From positions 8,529 through 72,528 of the forward strand of contig NZ_OZ244711.1 in the NCBI RefSeq assembly GCF_965218915.1: a DNA stretch of 64,000 nt, read 5' to 3'. A program made the position numbers and the translations under genes. Each line of letters opens with the position of its first letter. The first letter of the stretch is position 1. The notes under the pieces were generated by a model. It ran no database searches. It was not told the DNA's origin and saw only the letters and a program-made list of their open reading frames with translations. This document shows positions 52,164 through 61,755 of this stretch, one piece after another. The DNA comes from Novosphingopyxis sp. Lineage in GTDB: Bacteria; Pseudomonadota; Alphaproteobacteria; Sphingomonadales; Sphingomonadaceae.

Positions 52164-55100
52164 GTGCTGACCTACGCCACCATCGCCGCGGGATCGGGGG
52201 CAGGGGGTAAGGCGCTCGCCGAATACCTGCTGCAGACGCTTCCGGTCGAGCGAGCGGACCTGGCGAGCTACTATCAGCGCGGGATGCGTCCCGACCTGGC
52301 CGGCACGCTGGGCGATGACACCTTTGCGGCCGAGGCGACCCTGCTGGTGAAGCAGGGCACGAGGCTGGACGATCTGCCAGACGCGCTCGACGCTGCCGTG
52401 CAGCGCCGCCATGCCGGGTTCGTAGAGCGCTACCTGGCCGGCGAGCGCGCAATCCCGGAGGGCGAGGCTCTGGCGCGTCTCGCCGAGCACGTGGTGACCT
52501 CGGGCAACCCGGCCGACGAGGCCGAGACGGTTCTCACGCGCTTGCGCGAGGCGGCTTCGGACGCGGCCGAAAGTGATCGCATCGTCCAGGCCTTTCGGGA
52601 TGCCGAGAGCGCCGCGTTCTATCGCCGCGACAAGGTGCTCGAAGCCGTGGAGCGCGGCCTCTACGGGCACAGCACGGCCGAGCCGAGGCGGGACATGCAC
52701 CCGCACTTGGGCGAGATGCTTGGGCTGGACTCGCACCGCGTTCCCACGGCCGACGAGATCGGCCACATCCTCTCCGGGCGCCGCGCGAACGGCGAGGAGA
52801 TCGAGGGCAAGTCGCGACAGAAGGGGACGGTGAGCCTGTCCGATGCGCTCGGACTCGACTCCTCGCGTCCACCGACATGGGACGAGATCAGTCACATCCT
52901 CGACAGGCGCCGGGCGGATGGGACGCCGATCGCCGGGCCGGGCACTGAGACAGCGCGGCATCGCTTTCTGGATCTGCTGGGCGTGAGGGCGGCCGAGCCT
53001 GACCAGAACCAGGTGCGACACCTGATGGCCGGGCGCATGGTGGACGGCAGCGAGCTGGACACCGACGCGTACCGGCGTGGCGTGGAGGCGAGCAAGGCAC
53101 GGATCGCGGCGGTGGACCTGACGTTCTCGGCCGACAAGTCGGTGTCCATCGCCTGGGCGCTCGCGCCGACGGAGGCGGAGCGGAACATGCTCGCCCAGGC
53201 GCACAAGGACGCCGTGGCGAGCACCATGGCCGTGATCGCGGACGAGCTGGGACACGCGCGCCGCGGCAAGGCCGGGAGTGGCGGAACGGAAGCCGGGCAC
53301 ATCACTTGGCTGGGCTTCGACCACTACGCGAGCCGGCCCGTCGTGCCGGTGGCGCGGACGGACGCGCAGGGCAATCCCTACACGGAACTGCTCAGCTTCG
53401 GCGCGGCCGGGGACCCGGCGCTGCACAGCCATATGCTCGTGCCGTCCGTCGTGATGACCGACACGGGCCGGGTCACGTCGCTCGACTTGGACACGATGGC
53501 GGGCAAGACGCACACCTGGGGCGCGTTCTACCAGGCGTTCCTCGCGACGAACCTCAAGCGCCTCGGCGTCGAGGTCGGGTTGGACGAGCGCACGGGCGCG
53601 GCGCGGCTGTCCGCTATCCCCGAGAACGTGCGGGACGCCTACTCCAAGCGCACGAGGGACGGCACGGAGGCGGCGCGCGAATACGCTGCGACCCAGGGCA
53701 AGGACTGGGACAGCCTCTCTGACCGGCAGAAGGTTGGCCTGGTCCACGCCAGCACCCAGGCCCGGCGCCGAGCGAAGGACGCGGCCGGCGGCAACCAAGA
53801 GGATCGCGTGGCCGATTTCGTTGCCTGGGAGCGGCAGGCCAAGAGCATGGGCTACGCGCACAAGAGCGTGCTGGGCGCGACGCCTCCGCCTGCGCCGAGC
53901 CGCGACGATCGGCTCCAAGGTGCCTACCAGACTGCGTTGCGGCTCCTGGACAAGGTGTTCGTCGGCACGGCGAAGGTGGACGGGGAGAAGCTGCGGGAGA
54001 TCGCCGCGCGCGGTCTCATCACGACGTCGATGGAAGATGTCACCGACGTGAAGGCCGTCACCCGCGCCTTCGCTACACGGGGCGTTCGCCAAGATGGGCG
54101 GGATGTCGCTCTGATCTGGGGCGAGGACCCGGCCGTGCGCGGCAAGGCCCGGATCGGCGTCACCACGACGCTGCACGAGGCGCAGGAACAAGAGGTTGTG
54201 GCCGGGTTGCGGGCAGCGGCCGGGGACAGGTCCGCCGCGCTCTCCAAGCGCGCCATAGAGGCCGCCGTGACGCGAAGCGGGCTGACCTTCGACGGCGAGC
54301 ACGGACGGGCGCAGCGGGCGGCAATCGATGCGCTTGGTACGGGCGGACGCTTTGCGGCGTTCATCGGAGCGGCCGGAGCGGGCAAGAGCAGCGTCTTGCG
54401 TCCGCTGGTCGATGCTTGGCGCCAGGACGGCAAGCGCGTGTTCGGGACCGCGCTGGGAAATAACCAGACGGACGCGCTCGAGGACGCCGGCATCAAGGCT
54501 GCGGATCGAGCGGCGCTCGATCCATTTCTCAAGCAAGCGGCGGCAGGCAGATTCGAGCTGGCTCATGACTCGGTGGTGGTGATCGAGGAGGTCGGGCGCG
54601 TCGGCACGCGACAGCTTCGCGAGCTGATGCGGCTGCAAGGCGAGCTCGGGTTCAAGGTTGTCGCGGTCGGCGATCCCGAGCAGCTCCAGAGCATCGAGGC
54701 GGGGCACGTCGTCGGGCTCATGCGCCGCGCCCTGGGCGAGAACGCCATCCCGGAGATCGCCACCACGCTGCGGCAGCGGACGGACGAGGAGAAGCTGACG
54801 ACGAGCTTGTTCCGAGAGGGGCAAGCGGCGGAGGCGATCGAGCGCAAGCGCATGGACGGGACGGCGATCCTCGTCGCCGGTGATCACACGGCGGTGGTCG
54901 AGCGGGTCGCGGCGCTCTGGCGCGAGCGGATCGAGATCGGCGCCGAGGTGACGGTCAGCGCGCCGACGAACGCGGACGCCCGCGCCGTTGCCCTCGCCAT
55001 CCGCGAGCAGCGCCGCGCCATGGGCCAGATCGGTGCCGATCTGGTGAGCGTCGACGCGACCAGCCGGAGTAGGTTCAACGCCGGCGTGGGCGAGGACTAC

Positions 55101-55985
55101 GACATGCGGCTCGCGGCGGGGGATCGCGTTCGGCTCTACGAGCGCGCCACCGCCACCTTCTCGGCAACGGACGGCTCGGGACGCACCACGCACGGCAACA
55201 TCGGCAATAACGGGTCGGTGCTGGAGGTGCGCGGCATCACGCCGGAAGGCCTGGCGCTCCGCAACGTCGCCGGGCGCGAGGGCCTGGTTCGCTGGGAGAC
55301 GCTGCGCGACCAAGAGAGCGGCCGCATCCGGTTGGGCTGGGGAGACGCGCTCACCATCGATGCGGCGCAGGGCAGCACGGTCGGCCAGCACATCCTCGCC
55401 ATGCCGAGCGGCTCGGCCGGCGTGAACGGCTACCAGGGCTACACGGCGGGGAGCCGGCATCGCGATGAGACGCTGATGGTGGTCGGGGATGCAGCGGAAC
55501 GCCGGGAGATTACAGCCCGGCGGCCGCGAGGTGACTTCCGGCCGATCGGCGAGGGAGACGTGTGGGAGAACGTCGCGCAAAACCTCTCGCGTAAGCCGGA
55601 ACGCTCGTCGGCGCTCGCCTTCCTCGATCGCGCGGTCAACGTGCGTCGCGGCACGGTGCGGGCCTTCCAGGGCGAGCTGGAGCGCATGGAGCGGCGGCAG
55701 GCCGAGGGAAAGGCGCCGACAGCAGAGGCCAAGGCACGAGGCCAGGCGAGCGCTGCGAGGGAAACCGTCCGGCGGCATAGGGCGGCAGCGCAGGAAGCGG
55801 TAGCACGCCCGGAAAGATCTGTACGGGCGCGGATGGCGAAGGTGGCGCGGCGGGTAAGGCCGGCCCTGGATCGAGCGCGGAAAGCGGCACGCAAGCTGCG
55901 CGAGGTGGCCGGATGGGCGAACTGGGGGCTTCGTGGCGCTTCGGAGCAGCGACGTCATGAGCGTAACGCGGGACGCCGGCGCTAG
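52164..55985 (+). CDS. MOBF-type conjugative relaxase/helicase (TrwC/TraI-like)
   Basis: 1273 aa with a GTG start. N-terminal Tyr pair (LASYYQRG), His triad AAGDPALHSHMLVPSV, helicase Walker A FIGAAGAGKSSVL, and VVVIEEVGRV / VAVGDPEQLQSIEAG motifs. Confidence 0.9.
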   Translation: MLTYATIAAGSGAGGKALAEYLLQTLPVERADLASYYQRGMRPDLAGTLGDDTFAAEATLLVKQGTRLDDLPDALDAAVQRRHAGFVERYLAGERAIPEGEALARLAEHVVTSGNPADEAETVLTRLREAASDAAESDRIVQAFRDAESAAFYRRDKVLEAVERGLYGHSTAEPRRDMHPHLGEMLGLDSHRVPTADEIGHILSGRRANGEEIEGKSRQKGTVSLSDALGLDSSRPPTWDEISHILDRRRADGTPIAGPGTETARHRFLDLLGVRAAEPDQNQVRHLMAGRMVDGSELDTDAYRRGVEASKARIAAVDLTFSADKSVSIAWALAPTEAERNMLAQAHKDAVASTMAVIADELGHARRGKAGSGGTEAGHITWLGFDHYASRPVVPVARTDAQGNPYTELLSFGAAGDPALHSHMLVPSVVMTDTGRVTSLDLDTMAGKTHTWGAFYQAFLATNLKRLGVEVGLDERTGAARLSAIPENVRDAYSKRTRDGTEAAREYAATQGKDWDSLSDRQKVGLVHASTQARRRAKDAAGGNQEDRVADFVAWERQAKSMGYAHKSVLGATPPPAPSRDDRLQGAYQTALRLLDKVFVGTAKVDGEKLREIAARGLITTSMEDVTDVKAVTRAFATRGVRQDGRDVALIWGEDPAVRGKARIGVTTTLHEAQEQEVVAGLRAAAGDRSAALSKRAIEAAVTRSGLTFDGEHGRAQRAAIDALGTGGRFAAFIGAAGAGKSSVLRPLVDAWRQDGKRVFGTALGNNQTDALEDAGIKAADRAALDPFLKQAAAGRFELAHDSVVVIEEVGRVGTRQLRELMRLQGELGFKVVAVGDPEQLQSIEAGHVVGLMRRALGENAIPEIATTLRQRTDEEKLTTSLFREGQAAEAIERKRMDGTAILVAGDHTAVVERVAALWRERIEIGAEVTVSAPTNADARAVALAIREQRRAMGQIGADLVSVDATSRSRFNAGVGEDYDMRLAAGDRVRLYERATATFSATDGSGRTTHGNIGNNGSVLEVRGITPEGLALRNVAGREGLVRWETLRDQESGRIRLGWGDALTIDAAQGSTVGQHILAMPSGSAGVNGYQGYTAGSRHRDETLMVVGDAAERREITARRPRGDFRPIGEGDVWENVAQNLSRKPERSSALAFLDRAVNVRRGTVRAFQGELERMERRQAEGKAPTAEAKARGQASAARETVRRHRAAAQEAVARPERSVRARMAKVARRVRPALDRARKAARKLREVAGWANWGLRGASEQRRHERNAGRRR

Positions 55986-56044
55986 TAGAGGAAGCTTTGC
56001 GCTTGGTTTCATACCGCCAAAGGCCGGTGCCCACCCTTGAACAT

Positions 56045-56566
56045 TTAATCGGCGCGGCGAGCAACAACTTCACCCCAGGTTTGAGCAAATAATGCTTTTG
56101 GATCGTTGGCCCACGTCAGTAAGCAGGCGATTTCGGCCGCACAGAGCGAGGCAGTAAGTTTTCCAGCAGCGAACGGACCAAGCTCAGCGGGATGTTCTCG
56201 CTCTACGCTCGCGCTGAAAACGATGTCGCTAAATCCGCCCATGTTTGCGAGCCCCGGACCATTACTTCCAGCGAAAGCGTCTCCGTTGTTGTAATGGACG
56301 CTTAAAAATGTCCCGATCGCGGCGAGCAGTGCTGGGGTGCGCGGAGCAATAAGTATTCCACCCCAGTCGGGACTGCGCAGCGCAAGGATACCGCCCGGAG
56401 CAAGAACGCGTTTGCGTGCAAGGTCGCAGGTGATTGTGCCCGGGCCGCATCCGCAGTCCAAAACCGCGATTCCGACCTTTAGGTGAGGCAGCAGAAAGTT
56501 TGCTTGAGCGCTGGCCGACCTGCGCGCCAATACGTTCGATATTTGCTGCTGCACCTTTTCCTCCAA
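56045..56566 (-). pseudogene. class I SAM-dependent methyltransferase with an apparent internal deletion
   Basis: Motif I AVLDCGCGPGTITCDLARK runs straight into the post-II/III segment RVLAPGGILALRSPDWGG. About 60-70 aa that normally separate these are missing. Lower GC. Confidence 0.45.
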
Positions 56567-56607
56567 TCCGGTCCCACAACGAGATCAGTGTCAATTACGC
56601 GCTTCCG

Positions 56608-56871
56608 CTAGATCCGGAACCGTTCGTGGAAAAACCGGAGGACGCCGAAAGCAACGCCACACGCTGTAAGATAGGCGAGGTCCCACGAGATGCGGCCGAC
56701 GTCGCCGGCAAAGTAGTGCAAGACGGCCGCAAACGCGAAGGCTGGAACAGCGAGCCGCAGCAAGAGGCGCAGGAACCAGAGCACGAAGCGCAGCGGCGCT
56801 GTTGCAGCACCGTAGAGGCTCTCGCCGATCGCGCGGAACAGGCCCGGCTCGGGGGACACGGGTGCCGTCAT
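56608..56871 (-). CDS. small membrane protein
   Basis: 87 aa with two hydrophobic helices. ATGA overlap with the upstream ORF. Confidence 0.4.
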   Translation of the reverse strand: MTAPVSPEPGLFRAIGESLYGAATAPLRFVLWFLRLLLRLAVPAFAFAAVLHYFAGDVGRISWDLAYLTACGVAFGVLRFFHERFRI

Positions 56872-57503
56872 CGGCCGCGCCCTCGCCGGGTCGGCTCCGC
56901 GGGCCGGCTCTCCTGGGCCTCACGCCGTGTTTCCCGCACCTCTTCACGGCCTATGGAGGCGCGCTCCTGCGCGCGTCCCATGGCGACGAGGCGCTCGCGG
57001 TACTCCTCGCCGAAGCTACGGCTGTCGGCAATTGTGGCGGCCTGGTCGCGGCCCTGACCGCCGCGGTTGCCGGTGCTGGCGGAAACATTCGTGGCGACAT
57101 CGAGAGGCAAGAGTTTGGCGGCGGCATTTGTCGCATCGTCTAGTTTGTAAGACACGCTATTGTAACGACCCGTGGCATATTCGGCTTTTGAGGTCGTCTC
57201 CACTACTCCTGCTGATCGCAACGCGGCTGCGGCAGCAGGATTTGCCCACGCCGCATCGAGACTGCGCCGGGCTTGCCCATCCAGGAGCATCTGATCCTTG
57301 AGCGAATAACCTAGGTTCGTTCGTGCAAAATCCGCGGTGTCTGCGGCTTGCGCGACGCGGTGTACTACGTCGCGTGGAGATGCGGATGGGGACAGGTCTT
57401 TGAAGAGGTACTCGGAGACCGGTGGTGGCGGGGGCAGAATGACGCGAAAAGTGTCGGTGCCGGGATAGTCTTCAAAAGAGACGCGCTTCGTTCTGTCAGA
57501 CAT
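56868..57503 (-). CDS. hypothetical protein
   Basis: Start set at ATG 57503 (MSDRTKRVSFEDYPG...). Basic C-terminus. Overlaps the upstream lipoprotein gene by 8 nt. Confidence 0.45.
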   Translation of the reverse strand: MSDRTKRVSFEDYPGTDTFRVILPPPPPVSEYLFKDLSPSASPRDVVHRVAQAADTADFARTNLGYSLKDQMLLDGQARRSLDAAWANPAAAAALRSAGVVETTSKAEYATGRYNSVSYKLDDATNAAAKLLPLDVATNVSASTGNRGGQGRDQAATIADSRSFGEEYRERLVAMGRAQERASIGREEVRETRREAQESRPAEPTRRGRGR

Positions 57504-57786
57504 GAGCGACCTCCTTGAGCGGTACTTCCGTGGTTGCGGCACAGGTCACCACGCTGATGACACCGAGATCGAGCGCGTGTCCCCCGTATATGAGACAGGA
57601 GTATTGGCCCCGTGGGGTGCTCACCTCATAGCGTGTTCTGTTGAAGCCGGCGTCGTGCCGGTTGAGGACCTGGATGACGGGTTGGCCGAGATAGGTTTCG
57701 GTTTCTGCCCGTATCCGCGCGTCGGGCAGCAGGGTTTCGGGGCAGCCGCTCAGTGCCAGTGCGGCCGAGAGGAGGATCGCGCGCAT
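57496..57786 (-). CDS. small lipoprotein downstream of virD4
   Basis: MRAILLSAALALSGC lipobox from ATG 57786. 96 aa. Confidence 0.5.
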   Translation of the reverse strand: MRAILLSAALALSGCPETLLPDARIRAETETYLGQPVIQVLNRHDAGFNRTRYEVSTPRGQYSCLIYGGHALDLGVISVVTCAATTEVPLKEVAHV

Positions 57787-57788
57787 TG

Positions 57789-59651
57789 CTATTCGGCCGC
57801 CTCGGCGGGAATCGCCGAGTGGACTGGGCGTCGAACAAATCGATTGTCGCCGGCGATGCTGTTCTCCCACTCGCGGCGAAAATAGAGCGGTACGCCACAG
57901 CGGATCGGGGCGCAGCCGGCGGCTAGGACGAACATCTCGTCGGCGCGCGCCTCGCGGATCTCGTCGGGCTTGATAAGGCTGCGCTTGATTTCGTGACGGT
58001 TCGTGTTCCGCCCGCGCGAGCGCGTGCCCAGCTCGAAGCCCTTGTTCGACGTGCCCCGGTTGTCGCCCTCGCTAGTGGCCTGCACGCCATGTTCGCCGAT
58101 TTCCTTGGACAAGGACTCTTGCGTGCGGCGATCCAGCACTCGCGCATAGCCGCGCCAGGACAGGTTCGGGAACCACAGGTCGCAACCAGCCTTGCCGCGG
58201 CGGCCCCAGACCTCGTCAATTTCGGTCTCGGACAGATGCGGGAGGTGCAACGTGGCGCCGTATTTGCGGCCGGTGTCGCGCAGCAGCTCGAAGGCGACCA
58301 CGCGCCCGATAGTGCCCATCTCGTCCGGGATGATAAGGGTACGGCTGTGATAGTTCCCGTTCGCCTCGATGAAGGCCCAGGCAAAGGCGTCCAGCGCAGC
58401 CCGAACGATACCCGGGGAGAACTTGAGCGCATCAAACCCGACGTGGATGTAGACCGTCGTCGGGCGCTCGGTGATCTCGCGCGGCGACAAATCCGTGCCG
58501 GAAAGGAAGTCGGCGGCCGCGTCGTCCAGCATCCAGCGCGTGAGCTGAGTGGCGGAGAAGTAGGCGCCGCTGAACGTCTCCTCGGCCAGGCCCATGAGCG
58601 TCCTGGCACCGAGCTTGGCGGCCGTGCACGGGCTGATCGCCGCGATCCCGGCGAGGAGATTTTTCATGTCCTTCTCAGCCGTCGTGATGAGATCGCGCAG
58701 GGTGCGCAGGTTGCGGTGGTGGCGGGGCACGCTTTCGTCCCAGAGCATGTGACCGAGCAGCGCGGCCACCATGTTCCGCCCGGCGTCGTCGAAAATGCTG
58801 TCGGCGTCGCGGTCGCGCTCCTCGCCGCACAACGAACCGACGACGGAGAGCACGCGCCTCGTGGCGTTGGGAGATTTGGGGTCGATGCCGCCCAGCAGGT
58901 CAAGGGCATCGCCCCCGAGAGCAATCCGGATTACACGATTGCCCATCGCCTCGCGCGCGCTCTGGGTCAGGTCGGCGATTTCGTCCGACGGGTCGACGAC
59001 GATGGCGGAGCCACGCCAGTGCATCAGGCGCGTGGCGATGGAGGCGGTCTTTCCGCCGCCGCTGCCGGAGACGAAAATCGAGTGCGTCGGCCCCTCGATG
59101 CACGGATCGACCAGGAGCGGCACCTGGCCGCCGGGTCCCCAGGTTGCTTTGTCGCGCGACCTGAACTCGAGCGCGCCAACCTCGGACAGATCCATGCGGA
59201 CGGCCTCGCCGATGACAAGGAAGGGCTCGCCAGACGGGTCGGGCTGGAAGCGGTCCCGGGCCTCGTTCATTGGCAGCCAGTCGGCATGGCCATGATTGTC
59301 AGTGTCGGCCCGCTCAATGGGCTTCACCGGCTTCCGCATGCCGACCGCGAGCAGGCGGCTCCAGCGCAGGGCGCGGAGCCGTGCGAAGATCGCGGCCACG
59401 ATGAGGAGGGCGGCAACGCTCGGCAGGAACGCGGCGGCGATGAGCGCGCCTAGCAGCTTGGGGGCACCGCGCGCGTACGGCAGCGCGTCGTACCAGAGCG
59501 TGAGTTCCCACTCCAGGCGTACCCGGCCAAGGCCATAAGTGTTGCTCAGATAGGCGAACAGGTAGCTCGAGGCCGCGAGCCAGCCGAGCGCGAGCAGCAG
59601 CGGGACGGCGACGACGGCGACGGCCGCTGCAATCAGGCCGCGGCGGCGCAT
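57789..59651 (-). CDS. virD4: type IV coupling protein (VirD4/TraG/TrwB family)
   Basis: 620 aa with two N-terminal TM segments, Walker A FVSGSGGGKTAS and Walker B-like TLIIPDEMG. Confidence 0.9.
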   Translation of the reverse strand: MRRRGLIAAAVAVVAVPLLLALGWLAASSYLFAYLSNTYGLGRVRLEWELTLWYDALPYARGAPKLLGALIAAAFLPSVAALLIVAAIFARLRALRWSRLLAVGMRKPVKPIERADTDNHGHADWLPMNEARDRFQPDPSGEPFLVIGEAVRMDLSEVGALEFRSRDKATWGPGGQVPLLVDPCIEGPTHSIFVSGSGGGKTASIATRLMHWRGSAIVVDPSDEIADLTQSAREAMGNRVIRIALGGDALDLLGGIDPKSPNATRRVLSVVGSLCGEERDRDADSIFDDAGRNMVAALLGHMLWDESVPRHHRNLRTLRDLITTAEKDMKNLLAGIAAISPCTAAKLGARTLMGLAEETFSGAYFSATQLTRWMLDDAAADFLSGTDLSPREITERPTTVYIHVGFDALKFSPGIVRAALDAFAWAFIEANGNYHSRTLIIPDEMGTIGRVVAFELLRDTGRKYGATLHLPHLSETEIDEVWGRRGKAGCDLWFPNLSWRGYARVLDRRTQESLSKEIGEHGVQATSEGDNRGTSNKGFELGTRSRGRNTNRHEIKRSLIKPDEIREARADEMFVLAAGCAPIRCGVPLYFRREWENSIAGDNRFVRRPVHSAIPAEAAE

Positions 59652-60643
59652 GCAGCCAAATCCTCCTCGGCCTTAACCCAGACCTGGGGCGCGCTGAACC
59701 CGTCGTCGCCGCGGGCGAGCCACACCACGATGTCGAGGTAGCGGCGCAGAAGCGAGCGGGCCTTGCTGTCGGGAAGGGTCGCCGCACCCGCGTGCTGCTT
59801 GAGCATGAGCTCCAACGCGTCGAACGCCTCGCCTTCCTCCGCATGCCAGCTCGTCATGCCGCCGGGGTGCCCGGCGGCGAGCGCCTGAATGAAGGCGAAC
59901 GCCTCCGGTCCGCGGCACTCCTGCAGCATGATGCGGTCCGGCCGCATGCGCCGGGCGGCGCGAACGCAGTCCTCGGCCGAGATACCGGGCTGGCCAGGCT
60001 CGGCGAAAAACAGGGCGACGTGGTTGCGTTGCCGGAGTGCGCCGAACTCGTCGGCGTCCTCGGCTGTGACGATGCGCTCGCCCTCGGGGATCTCCTGCAG
60101 CAGGCGCTTAATAAAATCGGTCTTGCCGCTGCCGGTCGCGCCGCAAGCGCCGATCGTGCGGCGGCTGCGCACGGCAAGCTTCCAGAACTCGCGCCACCGC
60201 TGCGCGCGTTTCAGCTCGATCAGGGCCAGATCATGAGCCGTTGAACGCGGTGCGCCGGCACGGGAGAACATCCCCTCGAAGTCGGGATCGTCCACGCGAC
60301 GGGCGACGGTGGCGGGCTTCCGGACAGTCAGGGAGATGACGCCTTGCCGCGTTGCTTTGGGACGGCACGCCTGCAATCGCTCGCCATCGGGCAGGGTGCC
60401 GCGGGCGAGCGGATGCTTGTCGTCGAACTCGGCGCCGGCGGAGTGGGCGGCATAGACGGCGATGGTCTCGATCCGTTCGAACGTGGCCGCCGGAGCATCG
60501 TGCCAGGTCCAGATCCCGTCGCGCTCTACCCCGATCTCGCCGGGCCGGTTGACAACGACTTCCGTGGTCAGCGGATCCGCGAGGGGTGTACTAAGGCCAC
60601 AGACATCCAGCAGCCGGCGGAGCGGGCGTTCGCCGGGTCTCAC
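59633..60643 (-). CDS. virB11: VirB11-family T4SS ATPase
   Basis: Start at GTG 60643 (GTGA overlap with the virB10 stop). Walker A GATGSGKTDF, RIVTAEDADEF, and His-box QECRGPEA. Confidence 0.9.
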   Translation of the reverse strand: MRPGERPLRRLLDVCGLSTPLADPLTTEVVVNRPGEIGVERDGIWTWHDAPAATFERIETIAVYAAHSAGAEFDDKHPLARGTLPDGERLQACRPKATRQGVISLTVRKPATVARRVDDPDFEGMFSRAGAPRSTAHDLALIELKRAQRWREFWKLAVRSRRTIGACGATGSGKTDFIKRLLQEIPEGERIVTAEDADEFGALRQRNHVALFFAEPGQPGISAEDCVRAARRMRPDRIMLQECRGPEAFAFIQALAAGHPGGMTSWHAEEGEAFDALELMLKQHAGAATLPDSKARSLLRRYLDIVVWLARGDDGFSAPQVWVKAEEDLAACAAAA

Positions 60644-61755
60644 CTTCCGGTCTCCGAGAGCGCGTAGGCGTCCGAGAAGTCGATGGGCTGCGCGACCAGC
60701 AGGCCGATGCGCGAACCTTGGTTGACCCGGAGCGTGTTGCGCACATTGGCCGAGTTGCGGATCACCTCTGCAAGCGCGTAGTCGATGCCGCCCACATTGA
60801 TGTTGGTGTAGCTGCTGCCGCGCTGCTGCAACGCCGTTTGCGCGGCACCGATCGCGCCCTGCGTGGTGAGCAGGACCAGGGCTGAACCGATGCGCGCCCA
60901 AGGATGAGTATCCAGCTCGCCGTCGAAGCCACCGCGGCCCAGGCCATCGCCCATGGGGAAGCTCCCGAGCGGCACGGGGACGCCGTTTGGGGTGATGGCG
61001 TAGCCTGCGACGGCGCCGACGCGGTTCTCACCAAGGCCGATGTCGCTCTGGTAGTCGCCGACGATGCGGGTTCCGGCCTCCATCAGCTTGACGCCCAGAG
61101 GCGAGTAAACCGTTTCGTCGGTATGACAGAACACCTTGCCGGGCTTGGTGGTGTCGAGGGCGTTGTCGAGCAGGCACGTCACCACGCCCGGCATCATTGT
61201 AAAGGTCATGTCCATCGCCGGGCCGGCCTTGAGGCCGGGGATGGCAGTGGGCTTGAATGCAACGGTGCTCTTACCGGCCTCGGCTCCTGTCCGATTAGGG
61301 CCAGCTTGCGGCGCCCCTTCGGGCTGAGACCTGTCACGCGGGAACGCTCCAGGCGTGAAGGTCAGCATTCGGGGCGGGCGAGGGCCAGTAATCTCTGATC
61401 TACTCGGAGCGCCGGGGGGTGGCCCGAAAGCATCGCGGACTTGGGGCGGCGGCGGAGCCGGAGGGGGCGGGGCCAGGTTCACCGGCGGCATGGCGTTCGC
61501 CACCGGAACGATACTGCGACGAAACTCGGGCGTGGGCACGAACTGGCCGAGCTGCTGCCCGACCGCAGAGGCGTGCCTGACCGGCGTCTTGTGGGCGTCG
61601 CGCCAGAACACGAAGCCAACGACGACGGCGCAGCCCACGGTCCAGAGGGCGATCAGGCGCCAGCCGGACCGCCAGCGGCGGAAGCGGCCGCCACGCGAAC
61701 GTCCCCGTTCGGACTGCTCGCGTTCGTCCCGATCGTTGGGCGGGTCAACGGCCAC
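60640..61755 (-). CDS. virB10: VirB10/TrbI-family T4SS protein
   Basis: Start at GTG 61755. TM segment (LIALWTVGCAVVVGFVF), Pro-rich linker (PPPPAPPPPQ), and a C-terminal TrbI barrel (GTRIVGDYQSD...GFDGELDTHPW). Confidence 0.85.
   Translation of the reverse strand: MAVDPPNDRDEREQSERGRSRGGRFRRWRSGWRLIALWTVGCAVVVGFVFWRDAHKTPVRHASAVGQQLGQFVPTPEFRRSIVPVANAMPPVNLAPPPPAPPPPQVRDAFGPPPGAPSRSEITGPRPPRMLTFTPGAFPRDRSQPEGAPQAGPNRTGAEAGKSTVAFKPTAIPGLKAGPAMDMTFTMMPGVVTCLLDNALDTTKPGKVFCHTDETVYSPLGVKLMEAGTRIVGDYQSDIGLGENRVGAVAGYAITPNGVPVPLGSFPMGDGLGRGGFDGELDTHPWARIGSALVLLTTQGAIGAAQTALQQRGSSYTNINVGGIDYALAEVIRNSANVRNTLRVNQGSRIGLLVAQPIDFSDAYALSETGR

Noticed and set aside
51852-56012. 1386-aa minus-strand ORF, the longest in the window.
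   Set aside because: It is exactly antisense to the relaxase gene, whose product has clear MOBF and helicase motifs. The translation is Arg/Pro/Ala-rich low-complexity sequence, typical of stop-free antisense frames in high-GC DNA.
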